A stretch of DNA of 64,000 bases from a virus (Duplodnaviria; Heunggongvirae; Uroviricota; Caudoviricetes). The stretch covers positions 41,842 to 105,841 of IMG/VR virus record IMGVR_UViG_3300033156_001223; one strand, written 5' to 3'. The notes below the pieces were generated by a model. The model ran no database searches. It was not told the origin of the DNA and saw nothing but the letters and a program-made list of their open reading frames with translations. Shown piece by piece: positions 56,366-64,000 of the stretch (its first letter is position 1; each line of letters starts with the position of its first letter). A program made the position numbers and the translations under genes.

Positions 56366-56991
56366 TTTTTATTACCTCGCAAGTTATCTCCGTAGCTACG
56401 TCCATAATAGTTTGACCCATAGCGTCCAGGATAGTAAGTACTACCTGTGTAGTTGCCATAGTTATAATTGTAATTACCAGTGTAGGTGAACTTTTGAACC
56501 TTGGGTTCCACCTCCTCTTTAATCCACTTATTGCGATCGAAAGGAACCCACAGGCTTGCTTTCACACCCTCAATTTTGAGTCCAGTTTCTCTCCATAACA
56601 TACCGAAGTTAATCTCTTCTTTCGTCCCAATTGCCCAGAAGAAATACGGAGCATTCTTAAATAAATCATATTCTGACACATCAACTGAACTTGGGGATGT
56701 AAACCCGGAATGAGTGTGGAGGTAGAAACGAAGCTCGGACAGAATGTCAATATCTTTCTGGTTTACCAACTCAAGAACCGATTCGGGAACTATTTCAACA
56801 GAAGCAGCCGAAACTTTTTGCTTAGGGATTAATAACTCCTTTAATAGGAACTCGCTTTTCCCCAACTTTTCTACTAAACCAAGTGCTGCTACTTCTGGAG
56901 GGATTTGCGTGCATATAGCTCTCATCTTTACCCACACTTCTGGAACAATATACAGAGTGGGAGCAATATCTTGCATTAAACTAATTTTCAT
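56362..56991 (-). CDS. JAB/MPN (JAMM) metallopeptidase-like protein with Tyr/Gly/Asn-rich tail
   Basis: HTHSGFTSPSSVD approximates JAMM HxHx7SxxD; upstream Glu in EVAALGLVEK. Confidence 0.5.
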   Translation of the reverse strand: MKISLMQDIAPTLYIVPEVWVKMRAICTQIPPEVAALGLVEKLGKSEFLLKELLIPKQKVSAASVEIVPESVLELVNQKDIDILSELRFYLHTHSGFTSPSSVDVSEYDLFKNAPYFFWAIGTKEEINFGMLWRETGLKIEGVKASLWVPFDRNKWIKEEVEPKVQKFTYTGNYNYNYGNYTGSTYYPGRYGSNYYGRSYGDNLRGNKK

Positions 56992-58186
56992 TGTTTCCTC
57001 CTCTCAAGGTTTGTAATATCTGTAAAATCTTATCATTCGGACTGTGGAAGCATTCCAAAATCTCGTCTACTGCGGGTAATATCTCAGTAAGAGCCAGATG
57101 ATTATAAATTGAAGAAGTTCTATCAAAGAAATACATTTCATACTGCTTTTTCTTTTCTTCACCATCCCATTCCAGCCCCGGGAAAGTCTTTGCTCCGTGA
57201 GGAGTACCTAACAGATTCACATACAACCAACCATATTCGATCATAATCGTATGAGGAGAGAAATACTCATTTTCTTTGGTTTTAAACTGAACTGTCAAAG
57301 GAATCTCAAACCAATCCACATCTTCAATTCTCTGATCATCTTTCAGGATATTTGCTGCTTCCTGGATCTTATCTCTTAGTTCACACAAATATCTTTTCCT
57401 AGAAAGCCTTTGGAAATTATTCCTGAACCAACGGTCAACAGATTTTGTAGCATTTATTGCACGAGTCTGAATAACGGGGGAGATAGTTGCCCGTGGAAAG
57501 TTCCCATAAACTGCTAAATGTCTATACTTATCAATGAGTTGTTTTGACTTTTCTAAAAAGTGAGTAAATAGTTCTCTGGTCTGTTTACTGTCTTCATGAG
57601 TAACATCCCAATAGCAGAACAAATCTCCGGGCGGAACCCATCCTCCCGCTAAATTCCCATCATCATCTTTAATAGGAATTGCAAAATGATACTTATAAGG
57701 TGTGCAGGAGGGCACTTTAATACCAAACAATTTTGTAGGGTTGGTAATAGCAGAGAAATCTCCCCCAAAATATTTGGTATCGTAAGAATGGATAACTAAC
57801 AAATTATCATCACTTACCAACCCACCCGGTCCATGGGGCTGGAAGAAACACACACCTTCATACTTCTCTTCTAAGGAATTGTTAAAACTATTAATCATCT
57901 TAGCAATCTCAGAAGGATCCCACGATATGTGGGCTCCAAATACAGACACTTCTTGTTTAGGAAGCAAAGAAGTACATTTATTAACCGGAGGTAGTGTATC
58001 CCCCGTAAAAATAGTTGCTAACTCAGTATTATAACTAACTGGAACGAAATTCTTCAATATGTTTTTCCTTGGCACGTTAATCAATATTGCACAGAAAATC
58101 TCTGGTGGCATCATGAACAGATACTTACTTTTTAAATAATCAGTACTAGGAGCGTACCCCGGAAATAGAAACCATTCACCACTCAT
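56981..58186 (-). CDS. hypothetical protein (401 aa) in the Ubl/E1/JAB operon
   Basis: ORF overlapping neighbours by a few nt. Confidence 0.45.
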   Translation of the reverse strand: MSGEWFLFPGYAPSTDYLKSKYLFMMPPEIFCAILINVPRKNILKNFVPVSYNTELATIFTGDTLPPVNKCTSLLPKQEVSVFGAHISWDPSEIAKMINSFNNSLEEKYEGVCFFQPHGPGGLVSDDNLLVIHSYDTKYFGGDFSAITNPTKLFGIKVPSCTPYKYHFAIPIKDDDGNLAGGWVPPGDLFCYWDVTHEDSKQTRELFTHFLEKSKQLIDKYRHLAVYGNFPRATISPVIQTRAINATKSVDRWFRNNFQRLSRKRYLCELRDKIQEAANILKDDQRIEDVDWFEIPLTVQFKTKENEYFSPHTIMIEYGWLYVNLLGTPHGAKTFPGLEWDGEEKKKQYEMYFFDRTSSIYNHLALTEILPAVDEILECFHSPNDKILQILQTLRGGNNEN

Positions 58187-58195
58187 CTTCCCCTC

Positions 58196-59038
58196 CTATT
58201 TCTCTTTCCTAGTGCCAATTGCGTAAGGCCAGTTTCTCACATCAGAACCCCATGCATCATCAACATTAACATCAGATACGAATGCATCCAGTAGCAATCC
58301 TAGTGTCATATAATCCTTAGATTGTATTAGTGAAACCACTTGCTCCGCCACGTTTCCAAAGCATGCATTGTCTTTAATATGTGGATGCACCCTACCACTA
58401 CCACTCAAATCATGCACATTAACAAATCTCAAATCATCCCTTCTTCTAGACGAATAAGGAATTTTGACTACTACTCTTCCAAGATCATAGATGTGATTGC
58501 TGCTGCCTTTCCAAGTATGGGGGCGTAACACAATATAGACGGCATCAGAAACAGAAAGATACGACATCCCTGGAATAGGCTCAGCTAATGAAGGGGTAAT
58601 CTGGAAATTATTTGCTGATCTTGGAACAGGTACTCCATCTTCTCTCAAATCAAAGATCATTTCAGTATCCGAGTGGCTCACTAAAGCATCCCAATTCCTC
58701 ACTTTCATATACTTTGCTCCGGCAATTTCTAACTTATCTTTATGATAGACAACAACTTTAGGAAATTTACGGGCAACAGCTATCCAAAACCCTTCTGCGG
58801 GATATACGAGATCATCCTTATCGAGTTCTGGGACATCCTCATTTACATAAATAAATCCTTGTAGTCCTTCATCATTTGCTATTACTGACATTAATTCTTT
58901 CTTGCCTTTACTATTATATAAATACAATCTAATCCAAGGATATTTTTTTAAATCGTGTTGGCTGATTAATTCTGGTAATCCATAAATATGTGCCGACGCC
59001 GCTCTAATCTTCTTACTCATTTTGTCTCCTCCCTTCAC
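58196..59038 (-). CDS. hypothetical protein (280 aa); weak E2/UBC-like HPH-x5-C resemblance
   Basis: VHPHIKDNACFGN loosely resembles UBC HPN-x-C; speculative. Confidence 0.4.
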   Translation of the reverse strand: MKGGDKMSKKIRAASAHIYGLPELISQHDLKKYPWIRLYLYNSKGKKELMSVIANDEGLQGFIYVNEDVPELDKDDLVYPAEGFWIAVARKFPKVVVYHKDKLEIAGAKYMKVRNWDALVSHSDTEMIFDLREDGVPVPRSANNFQITPSLAEPIPGMSYLSVSDAVYIVLRPHTWKGSSNHIYDLGRVVVKIPYSSRRRDDLRFVNVHDLSGSGRVHPHIKDNACFGNVAEQVVSLIQSKDYMTLGLLLDAFVSDVNVDDAWGSDVRNWPYAIGTRKEK

Positions 59039-60066
59039 TCATTAAATACATCTAAGTCTTCAGGTTCATAAGATTTTTGCTGAGAATAGTCTGGCTCTTC
59101 TTGATATGGGACAGTGTGTACAGACTGTTGTTCTTTCTGGTAAGGATTTTTCACTCCTAAAATTATGGCTTGCCTCTCCAAAGGCAAAGGTCTGAATATC
59201 TCCTCAAAATCATACGGTTGAACCGATTCTAGATAATCTTTGGGAAGCTCCCTACACAGTTTCTCCTTGACTATTAAAGTTTTATATCCTCCTCTTCTTT
59301 CTTCTTGTTGCTGAACATACACTTCCAAATCAAATTTATATATTGAACCTCTTATTGCTTTCCCACAGTTACAGACGGTTTCCTGAATCAACTCGTTTGG
59401 CTTTGATACGTGTCTGCAACGAGGGCAGGTCCATGTCAAAGCCACTTGCTTTGCTTGATCAATCGGATGCATTTTCATCAGCTGCTGAGGTGGTATCAAG
59501 TCTGACCTACATTCCGGGCACTGTAAAGATTTTAGAGTAATATACCCCCCACAACTAACACACTTAGAAGCAAGTTCCAAATTTTTCTCCCTCAAAACCC
59601 CAAAATATCCTGGTCCAACTGTCCAGTAACGACGACCAATAATCTGGGGTTTGTTTCCGGACATACATTTGTCGCAAGGAATATCTTCAGCTAAGTTCTT
59701 TCGGCAAGCTACGAAACTAGTGGAACCATCTTCTGCTTCAATTTTATGGACTAAGTTTAGGTTTAATACAGTAATAACTCTACAAAATTGAGTACTAGAT
59801 ACCACGCTTTTCTGATCAGAATAAAAACACCCAACGCATTTTCCACCGAACTCGGGGTGTTCTGCACTGCATACTAAATACCTCACCTTCCCCCCCGAGA
59901 TGCAAACATGTCTTTTTACCTCATAAAACGGAAAAGGGAGAATTCTAATCGTAATTGGCATTGGATGTTTGTCAGGAGTCTGAATCGGAACTCTCAAAAA
60001 TTCTTTCCTCTCTGGAGAGCTAAAACCTCTTTCTTCCTGCCCAGGAAACTGCCAGTATTCCATCAC
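59035..60066 (-). CDS. multi-zinc-ribbon protein (343 aa)
   Basis: At least five CxxC pairs (CVGC, CDKC, CVSCGG...CPECR, CPRCRH, CNCGK). Confidence 0.45.
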   Translation of the reverse strand: MMEYWQFPGQEERGFSSPERKEFLRVPIQTPDKHPMPITIRILPFPFYEVKRHVCISGGKVRYLVCSAEHPEFGGKCVGCFYSDQKSVVSSTQFCRVITVLNLNLVHKIEAEDGSTSFVACRKNLAEDIPCDKCMSGNKPQIIGRRYWTVGPGYFGVLREKNLELASKCVSCGGYITLKSLQCPECRSDLIPPQQLMKMHPIDQAKQVALTWTCPRCRHVSKPNELIQETVCNCGKAIRGSIYKFDLEVYVQQQEERRGGYKTLIVKEKLCRELPKDYLESVQPYDFEEIFRPLPLERQAIILGVKNPYQKEQQSVHTVPYQEEPDYSQQKSYEPEDLDVFNE

Positions 60067-60308
60067 TAGTCCTCCTTCTTGTGAATAATTATTGGTATAA
60101 GTCTACTTACCAATTCATCTGGATCTACTCCTTCTCCTCTCAAATACTCATCCAATTCTTCTTCGGTGAGATCAGATGGGTCAGCTAAAAACTCGAATAG
60201 ATTATTCACAAACGCAACGGCCTTCCTTCTCTTCTCTTCATCCATTCCTTTCCTCCTATCTATTACTTAACCAATCTCAAACCGTTATGACAAATTTATA
60301 CGATAATT

Positions 60309-60611
60309 TTACTGGGCCAAATAAGGAGCAAGCAAACTTCTATATAATTCCATTAAGTCCTCATCTGGGTAGAGACGACCACCCCAGTCCGCTATTGAGT
60401 GTAAGTCAATCGAATACAATTTATACCCACAATTTGGACATTCTAAGGCTTCAAGAATCCATTCTGCGTAACTTATATCTTCCTCTTCAAGAGGATTGGT
60501 AGCACTTCCGTAAAAACGTTCAATGTACAAACTATATACCTTCAAATTTCGTATTTCAGTAATTTGCCCACATTCCGGGCATTTTACTCTGTCCATCAAT
60601 ATCCACCTCAA
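60309..60611 (-). CDS. zinc-ribbon protein (100 aa)
   Basis: CPECGQ...CPNCGY. Confidence 0.4.
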   Translation of the reverse strand: MRWILMDRVKCPECGQITEIRNLKVYSLYIERFYGSATNPLEEEDISYAEWILEALECPNCGYKLYSIDLHSIADWGGRLYPDEDLMELYRSLLAPYLAQ

Positions 60612-61513
60612 CTTTTTGATAGAATACCTTGAACTTGTAACCTTAACAAACTTTGCCTCTGGCTTAAAAGTTTTTCAATTTCCTCTTTGGTATAATCATC
60701 AGGTTGTCTCTTAGGACCTATTACAATTGAAACTCTACCAAAATCTAGTAGCTGGTAATATATTTTCTTGGTGCCTCGTCTACCAGCATCATCATTGTCA
60801 AGGAAAATGATGAAATCGCTACTAAGAGAACCAAGTAATAGAGCCTGTTCATGGCTCATACTCGCTCCCATAATTGCCACTGTATTTTCCCAGCCGTTTT
60901 GGACTAACCACAAACAGGCTTTGAATCCCTCAACAACTATTACTGGCTTCCCTCGCTTAACATGATGACCGTGATAAAGATGTCTGTGAGGATGGAATTC
61001 ATAATTTGGTACAAACTCTTTGATTTCAGAAATATAAAATCGATACTTTGGCTGATCGTCAGGATAAATGCTTCTACCAGAAATTCCTACCAAATTTCCT
61101 TGGATATCTCTAATAGAAAACACTATTCTCTTGCGATAATGATCAAAACCAATTTCATGTTCCTTTAAAACTTGAGGAGTAAATCCTTCTTGTAGCAAAG
61201 CTATTGGGCACTCCATAGTATACAAAGACAAAATCACATCGCTTAATTTGATATCCTCTCGCTTAGTAATAGATCGTGGGGCCAAAGATACCAGTTTTGG
61301 ATCTACTCCGATAATGTTAGCTAATTTTTCCCAGTTACCAGATGCTTGACAAACAAAGCAATGAAATAATCCAGTCCGCAGATTTATGTAGAGATGGTGG
61401 TCGTGATCCGGGTGGAAAATACACGGCACAGCAAATTCTCGTCCTCCACTTACAATCTTATAGTCAGTAAATTTATCCTGTAATACCTCTAATAAGTCTA
61501 GCATAGCTACCAC
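60608..61513 (-). CDS. DNA primase (DnaG-like: CHC2 zinc finger plus TOPRIM)
   Basis: CIFHPDHDHHLYINLRTGLFHCFVCQASGN; TOPRIM block VIVVEGFKACLWL...FLDNDDAGRRGT. Confidence 0.8.
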   Translation of the reverse strand: MVAMLDLLEVLQDKFTDYKIVSGGREFAVPCIFHPDHDHHLYINLRTGLFHCFVCQASGNWEKLANIIGVDPKLVSLAPRSITKREDIKLSDVILSLYTMECPIALLQEGFTPQVLKEHEIGFDHYRKRIVFSIRDIQGNLVGISGRSIYPDDQPKYRFYISEIKEFVPNYEFHPHRHLYHGHHVKRGKPVIVVEGFKACLWLVQNGWENTVAIMGASMSHEQALLLGSLSSDFIIFLDNDDAGRRGTKKIYYQLLDFGRVSIVIGPKRQPDDYTKEEIEKLLSQRQSLLRLQVQGILSKS

Positions 61514-62424
61514 ACGTCAATATTTATATCTTCTTCATTTTCTGCTTCCTCTGGCAGCACCCCACCACCAGGAACTCTAAGTTTCTCTGCCTCACGAGCA
61601 ATCTGTTTTACCCAATCATCAACATCTACTATCGGAAAGGTTGTATTTTCTTGCATACTAATTCCAGGTCTTGCTTCTATAACAAATGCACCTTCCTCAC
61701 CTTCTCTAGATTTTTTGATCAGCACAGCAATCATTCCTCTATCTCTAGAATACAGCAACCTAAGTACCACGTCAGTATCTCGGAAAAAGTCATAAGTAAA
61801 GGCAATATCGTCTGCAGAGCGGGAAGCTGCTGAACCTCGACGATTTGCTTGTGAAGTAGCAACAATAGAAAGACGGAACTCTTTAGCAATCTGTTTCATA
61901 TCTTGTGAAATAGTCATAAAATTCGTCCAATCCCTTTCCTTTAGCCCCTTAACTCTTAGTAGATGCATACCATCTAATAATAAAACAGCAGGACAAATCT
62001 CTTCCAGTTTCATCCTAATTACATCCAAAGTGAATTCCCTATCTTCATCAACTGCTTCTGAAATTACAATATTCTGCCCAATTTCTTTTACTTTCTCATT
62101 AGCTTCTATCAACTTTTTTTCTTCTTCTTCATTTAAAGTTCCAGTTCGTAATTTTCGGTAATCTACTCCGGCAACAAATGAAAGAAGCCTTCTAGATATC
62201 TGCTCCTTACTCATTTCTCTAGTAATGAAAAGACACTTCTGCCCGGCCTGGGCCCAAAAGTAACAACAATATACTAGGATCCAAGTTTTCATCATTGCCG
62301 AGTTGGCATATATCAAAACAAACTGTTCAGGCTCGAGCCCACCAGTAGCTTGATTTAAAGAAGACCAGGGGTAAGGAATTCCTACTAATCCTTGAGAGTG
62401 CTTACTTTGCCAATAATCTTCCAT
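61507..62424 (-). CDS. DnaB-like replicative helicase (C-terminal RecA-like domain)
   Basis: Degenerate Walker A ANSAMMKT, LDGMHLL and SQANRRGS blocks collinear with DnaB/T7 gp4. Confidence 0.7.
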   Translation of the reverse strand: MEDYWQSKHSQGLVGIPYPWSSLNQATGGLEPEQFVLIYANSAMMKTWILVYCCYFWAQAGQKCLFITREMSKEQISRRLLSFVAGVDYRKLRTGTLNEEEEKKLIEANEKVKEIGQNIVISEAVDEDREFTLDVIRMKLEEICPAVLLLDGMHLLRVKGLKERDWTNFMTISQDMKQIAKEFRLSIVATSQANRRGSAASRSADDIAFTYDFFRDTDVVLRLLYSRDRGMIAVLIKKSREGEEGAFVIEARPGISMQENTTFPIVDVDDWVKQIAREAEKLRVPGGGVLPEEAENEEDINIDVW

Positions 62425-62473
62425 TACTGGATTGTAAAGCTCCTCTAATGTCTTGTCTTCGAAGGAACGAGTA

Positions 62474-62791
62474 TTAAAGACTTGGTGGATTCTTTCGACT
62501 TGGTTTAAATAGATTCGCTACTTCTCGACGCATCAACTCACTTTGCACCTTGTCACATACAACATCCAAAGAATCACCAACTTCTTGATAATCAAAATCA
62601 GGAAATTTATCTTTGATTAACTCAACACTAGGAACCTCACCATATTTCCGATAATGAGCATCTATCTCCGAAAAGATTCTTATTGCTAATGGATCAGAAA
62701 GAGTGTTTGGAGTAAGTCGGTATTGCACCTTAACTCGGCGCAATTCTTTATCTTGTAAAATTTTACATATCAACAAACGCTGCCAATTCAT
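62474..62791 (-). CDS. hypothetical protein (105 aa)
   Basis: ORF. Confidence 0.4.
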   Translation of the reverse strand: MNWQRLLICKILQDKELRRVKVQYRLTPNTLSDPLAIRIFSEIDAHYRKYGEVPSVELIKDKFPDFDYQEVGDSLDVVCDKVQSELMRREVANLFKPSRKNPPSL

Positions 62792-63040
62792 TCAGCTTCT
62801 CCTAATCTTAAGTTCAGTGACCGAAAACGCATCCTCATTCTCTCTTTCAAATTCCGTTCTCGCCATAAAATGATCATTTACGTCTATTTCATACAAGTGA
62901 ATTGCCCTTTTTATAGCTTCTTCTTTGTCATGAGCCCTGACTCGAATTTCGTAGTAAAACTTCCCCGGAATACCTACTTCGAACAATTTTTCCTCTTGAG
63001 GTTCTTGATCCTGATTATGATCATTAACTTTCATTTCCAC
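62792..63040 (-). CDS. small acidic protein, member of a tandem paralog trio
   Basis: Shares the Y-Y-V-x-x-G...A-H/N-x-K/E-EEA...Y...F-x-A-T-x-FE pattern with the next two ORFs. Confidence 0.5.
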   Translation of the reverse strand: MEMKVNDHNQDQEPQEEKLFEVGIPGKFYYEIRVRAHDKEEAIKRAIHLYEIDVNDHFMARTEFERENEDAFSVTELKIRRS

Positions 63041-63054
63041 CCCCTAAAAAAGAT

Positions 63055-63285
63055 TCACATGTCAATTTCCTTAACATATGTGTCTTCTAGCTCAAAAGAA
63101 GTTGCTTCCATAAACTCATCACATGAAGCATCATTATATATCCCCCTAGCTAATATCTCAGCCTCTTCCTCATTATATGCTTCAACATAAAATGTAGTAA
63201 CATAAACACCACTAAAAGTAACCCGGTACCATCTAATTTGAGGTCTTTCCTCTTTCTGTTCACTATTATGCCCTAATACCTTCAT
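63055..63285 (-). CDS. small acidic protein, paralog 2 of the trio
   Basis: MKVLGHNSEQKEE...YRVTFSGVY...AYNEEEA...FMEATSFE. Confidence 0.5.
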   Translation of the reverse strand: MKVLGHNSEQKEERPQIRWYRVTFSGVYVTTFYVEAYNEEEAEILARGIYNDASCDEFMEATSFELEDTYVKEIDM

Positions 63286-63518
63286 TAGTCATCCTCCTCA
63301 ACCTCAATATCAGATCTTTCAAAGTTAGTACTGGCAAGAAAATCTTCTGGAGAATCCTCCTCATATAATATGATAGCATTATCCCTAGCTTCCTCTTTGT
63401 TGTGAGCAAGGACCCGAGCTCTATAGGAGAAATAGCCTGATATGGTTACATAATAGTAGCGAAGCTCTTCTGCACTATCTGTCTCGTGTTTCTGTTCTCC
63501 ATGCTTAACCACCTTCAT
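63285..63518 (-). CDS. small acidic protein, paralog 3 of the trio
   Basis: MKVVKHGEQKHET...YYVTISGYF...AHNKEEA...FLASTNFE. Confidence 0.5.
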   Translation of the reverse strand: MKVVKHGEQKHETDSAEELRYYYVTISGYFSYRARVLAHNKEEARDNAIILYEEDSPEDFLASTNFERSDIEVEEDD

Positions 63519-63528
63519 TTATCCCTCC

Positions 63529-63951
63529 TTATTCAACTTCCCAATTCACAAATACATCATCTGGGGTTTTAGCAGATTTCTGTTGCTCCTCAGGCTGTGG
63601 CTGAGTTTGTTGAGGAGCAACAGGCTGATGGGTTTTCTGTAGTAATGTGGATAATTCTTCCTGTCCCTTCTTTAATCCAGCTTCGCTCTCTTCTTGGACA
63701 ATTTCCCATGCTATCTTAAATGCGGCCGAGATATCTTTAAGAGTAGCATTACAAGGTAATCTAACCGCCGCACGAGCATGTATTGTCCAAAATGGCTGAA
63801 CTGGGAACATCTTTTTCATTTCTGCTTCCACATATGCACACGGCTCAGTTATATTTCGTTCTTCCAATTTGATATCATCACCAACCTTACGAACTGTGGT
63901 ATTCCCATCCTTTATTTCATACTCCTTGGATCCTTCACCCGACTTAATCAT
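63529..63951 (-). CDS. hypothetical protein with Gln/Pro-rich C-terminus (140 aa)
   Basis: ORF. Confidence 0.4.
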   Translation of the reverse strand: MIKSGEGSKEYEIKDGNTTVRKVGDDIKLEERNITEPCAYVEAEMKKMFPVQPFWTIHARAAVRLPCNATLKDISAAFKIAWEIVQEESEAGLKKGQEELSTLLQKTHQPVAPQQTQPQPEEQQKSAKTPDDVFVNWEVE

Positions 63952-64000
63952 TCTCTCCTCCTACTAATATTTTGCTTGGTATGTCAACCAACTAGAAATC

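Overview
The window is AT-rich, gene-dense and mostly coded on the minus strand. It reads as a tailed-bacteriophage or phage-like element of a bacterial host, judged from Shine-Dalgarno sites of AGGAGG type and several GC-hairpin plus T-run intrinsic terminators. tRNA genes were not specifically searched for and none was noticed; no CRISPR array is seen.

Recognisable content, in window order:
- A class II (B12-dependent) ribonucleotide reductase (2820..4895).
- A block of probable virion genes on the plus strand (5.5-10.6 kb).
- A TnpB (IS200/IS605 OrfB) gene (10636..11841) next to an unusual GC-rich palindromic island (11885..12345).
- A minus-strand head-morphogenesis module, including an HK97-like capsid candidate followed by a clean terminator (12.6-26.9 kb).
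- An acidic protein built from 66-bp tandem coding repeats (27002..27649).
- RNase HII, an SPFH lipoprotein, a dTDP-glucose 4,6-dehydratase plus a GT-A glycosyltransferase candidate, and a DPPY methyltransferase candidate.
- A bacterial-type multisubunit RNA polymerase encoded as a single beta-beta' fusion (40767..46214), with the rest of beta' in a second ORF (38822..40894).
- A recombination module (RusA, Cas4-like nuclease, RecA-like) and a T7-like replication module (family A DNA polymerase, DnaG-like primase, DnaB-like helicase).
- A tight operon encoding a ubiquitin-like beta-grasp protein, a ThiF/MoeB-type E1 and a JAB/MPN peptidase, plus three unknown partners (55414..60066).

The most notable observations are three. 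First, the RNA polymerase carries an intein inserted directly after the catalytic NADFDGD motif; the intein has a non-canonical C-terminus and is followed within about 30 codons by a +1 frame break. Second, the Ubl-E1-JAB cassette sits beside the replication genes. Third, a 20-nt motif ending in T7-promoter-like ATAGGGAG recurs upstream of genes.

Most other ORFs are hypothetical. All calls are by-eye motif recognition and carry modest confidence.
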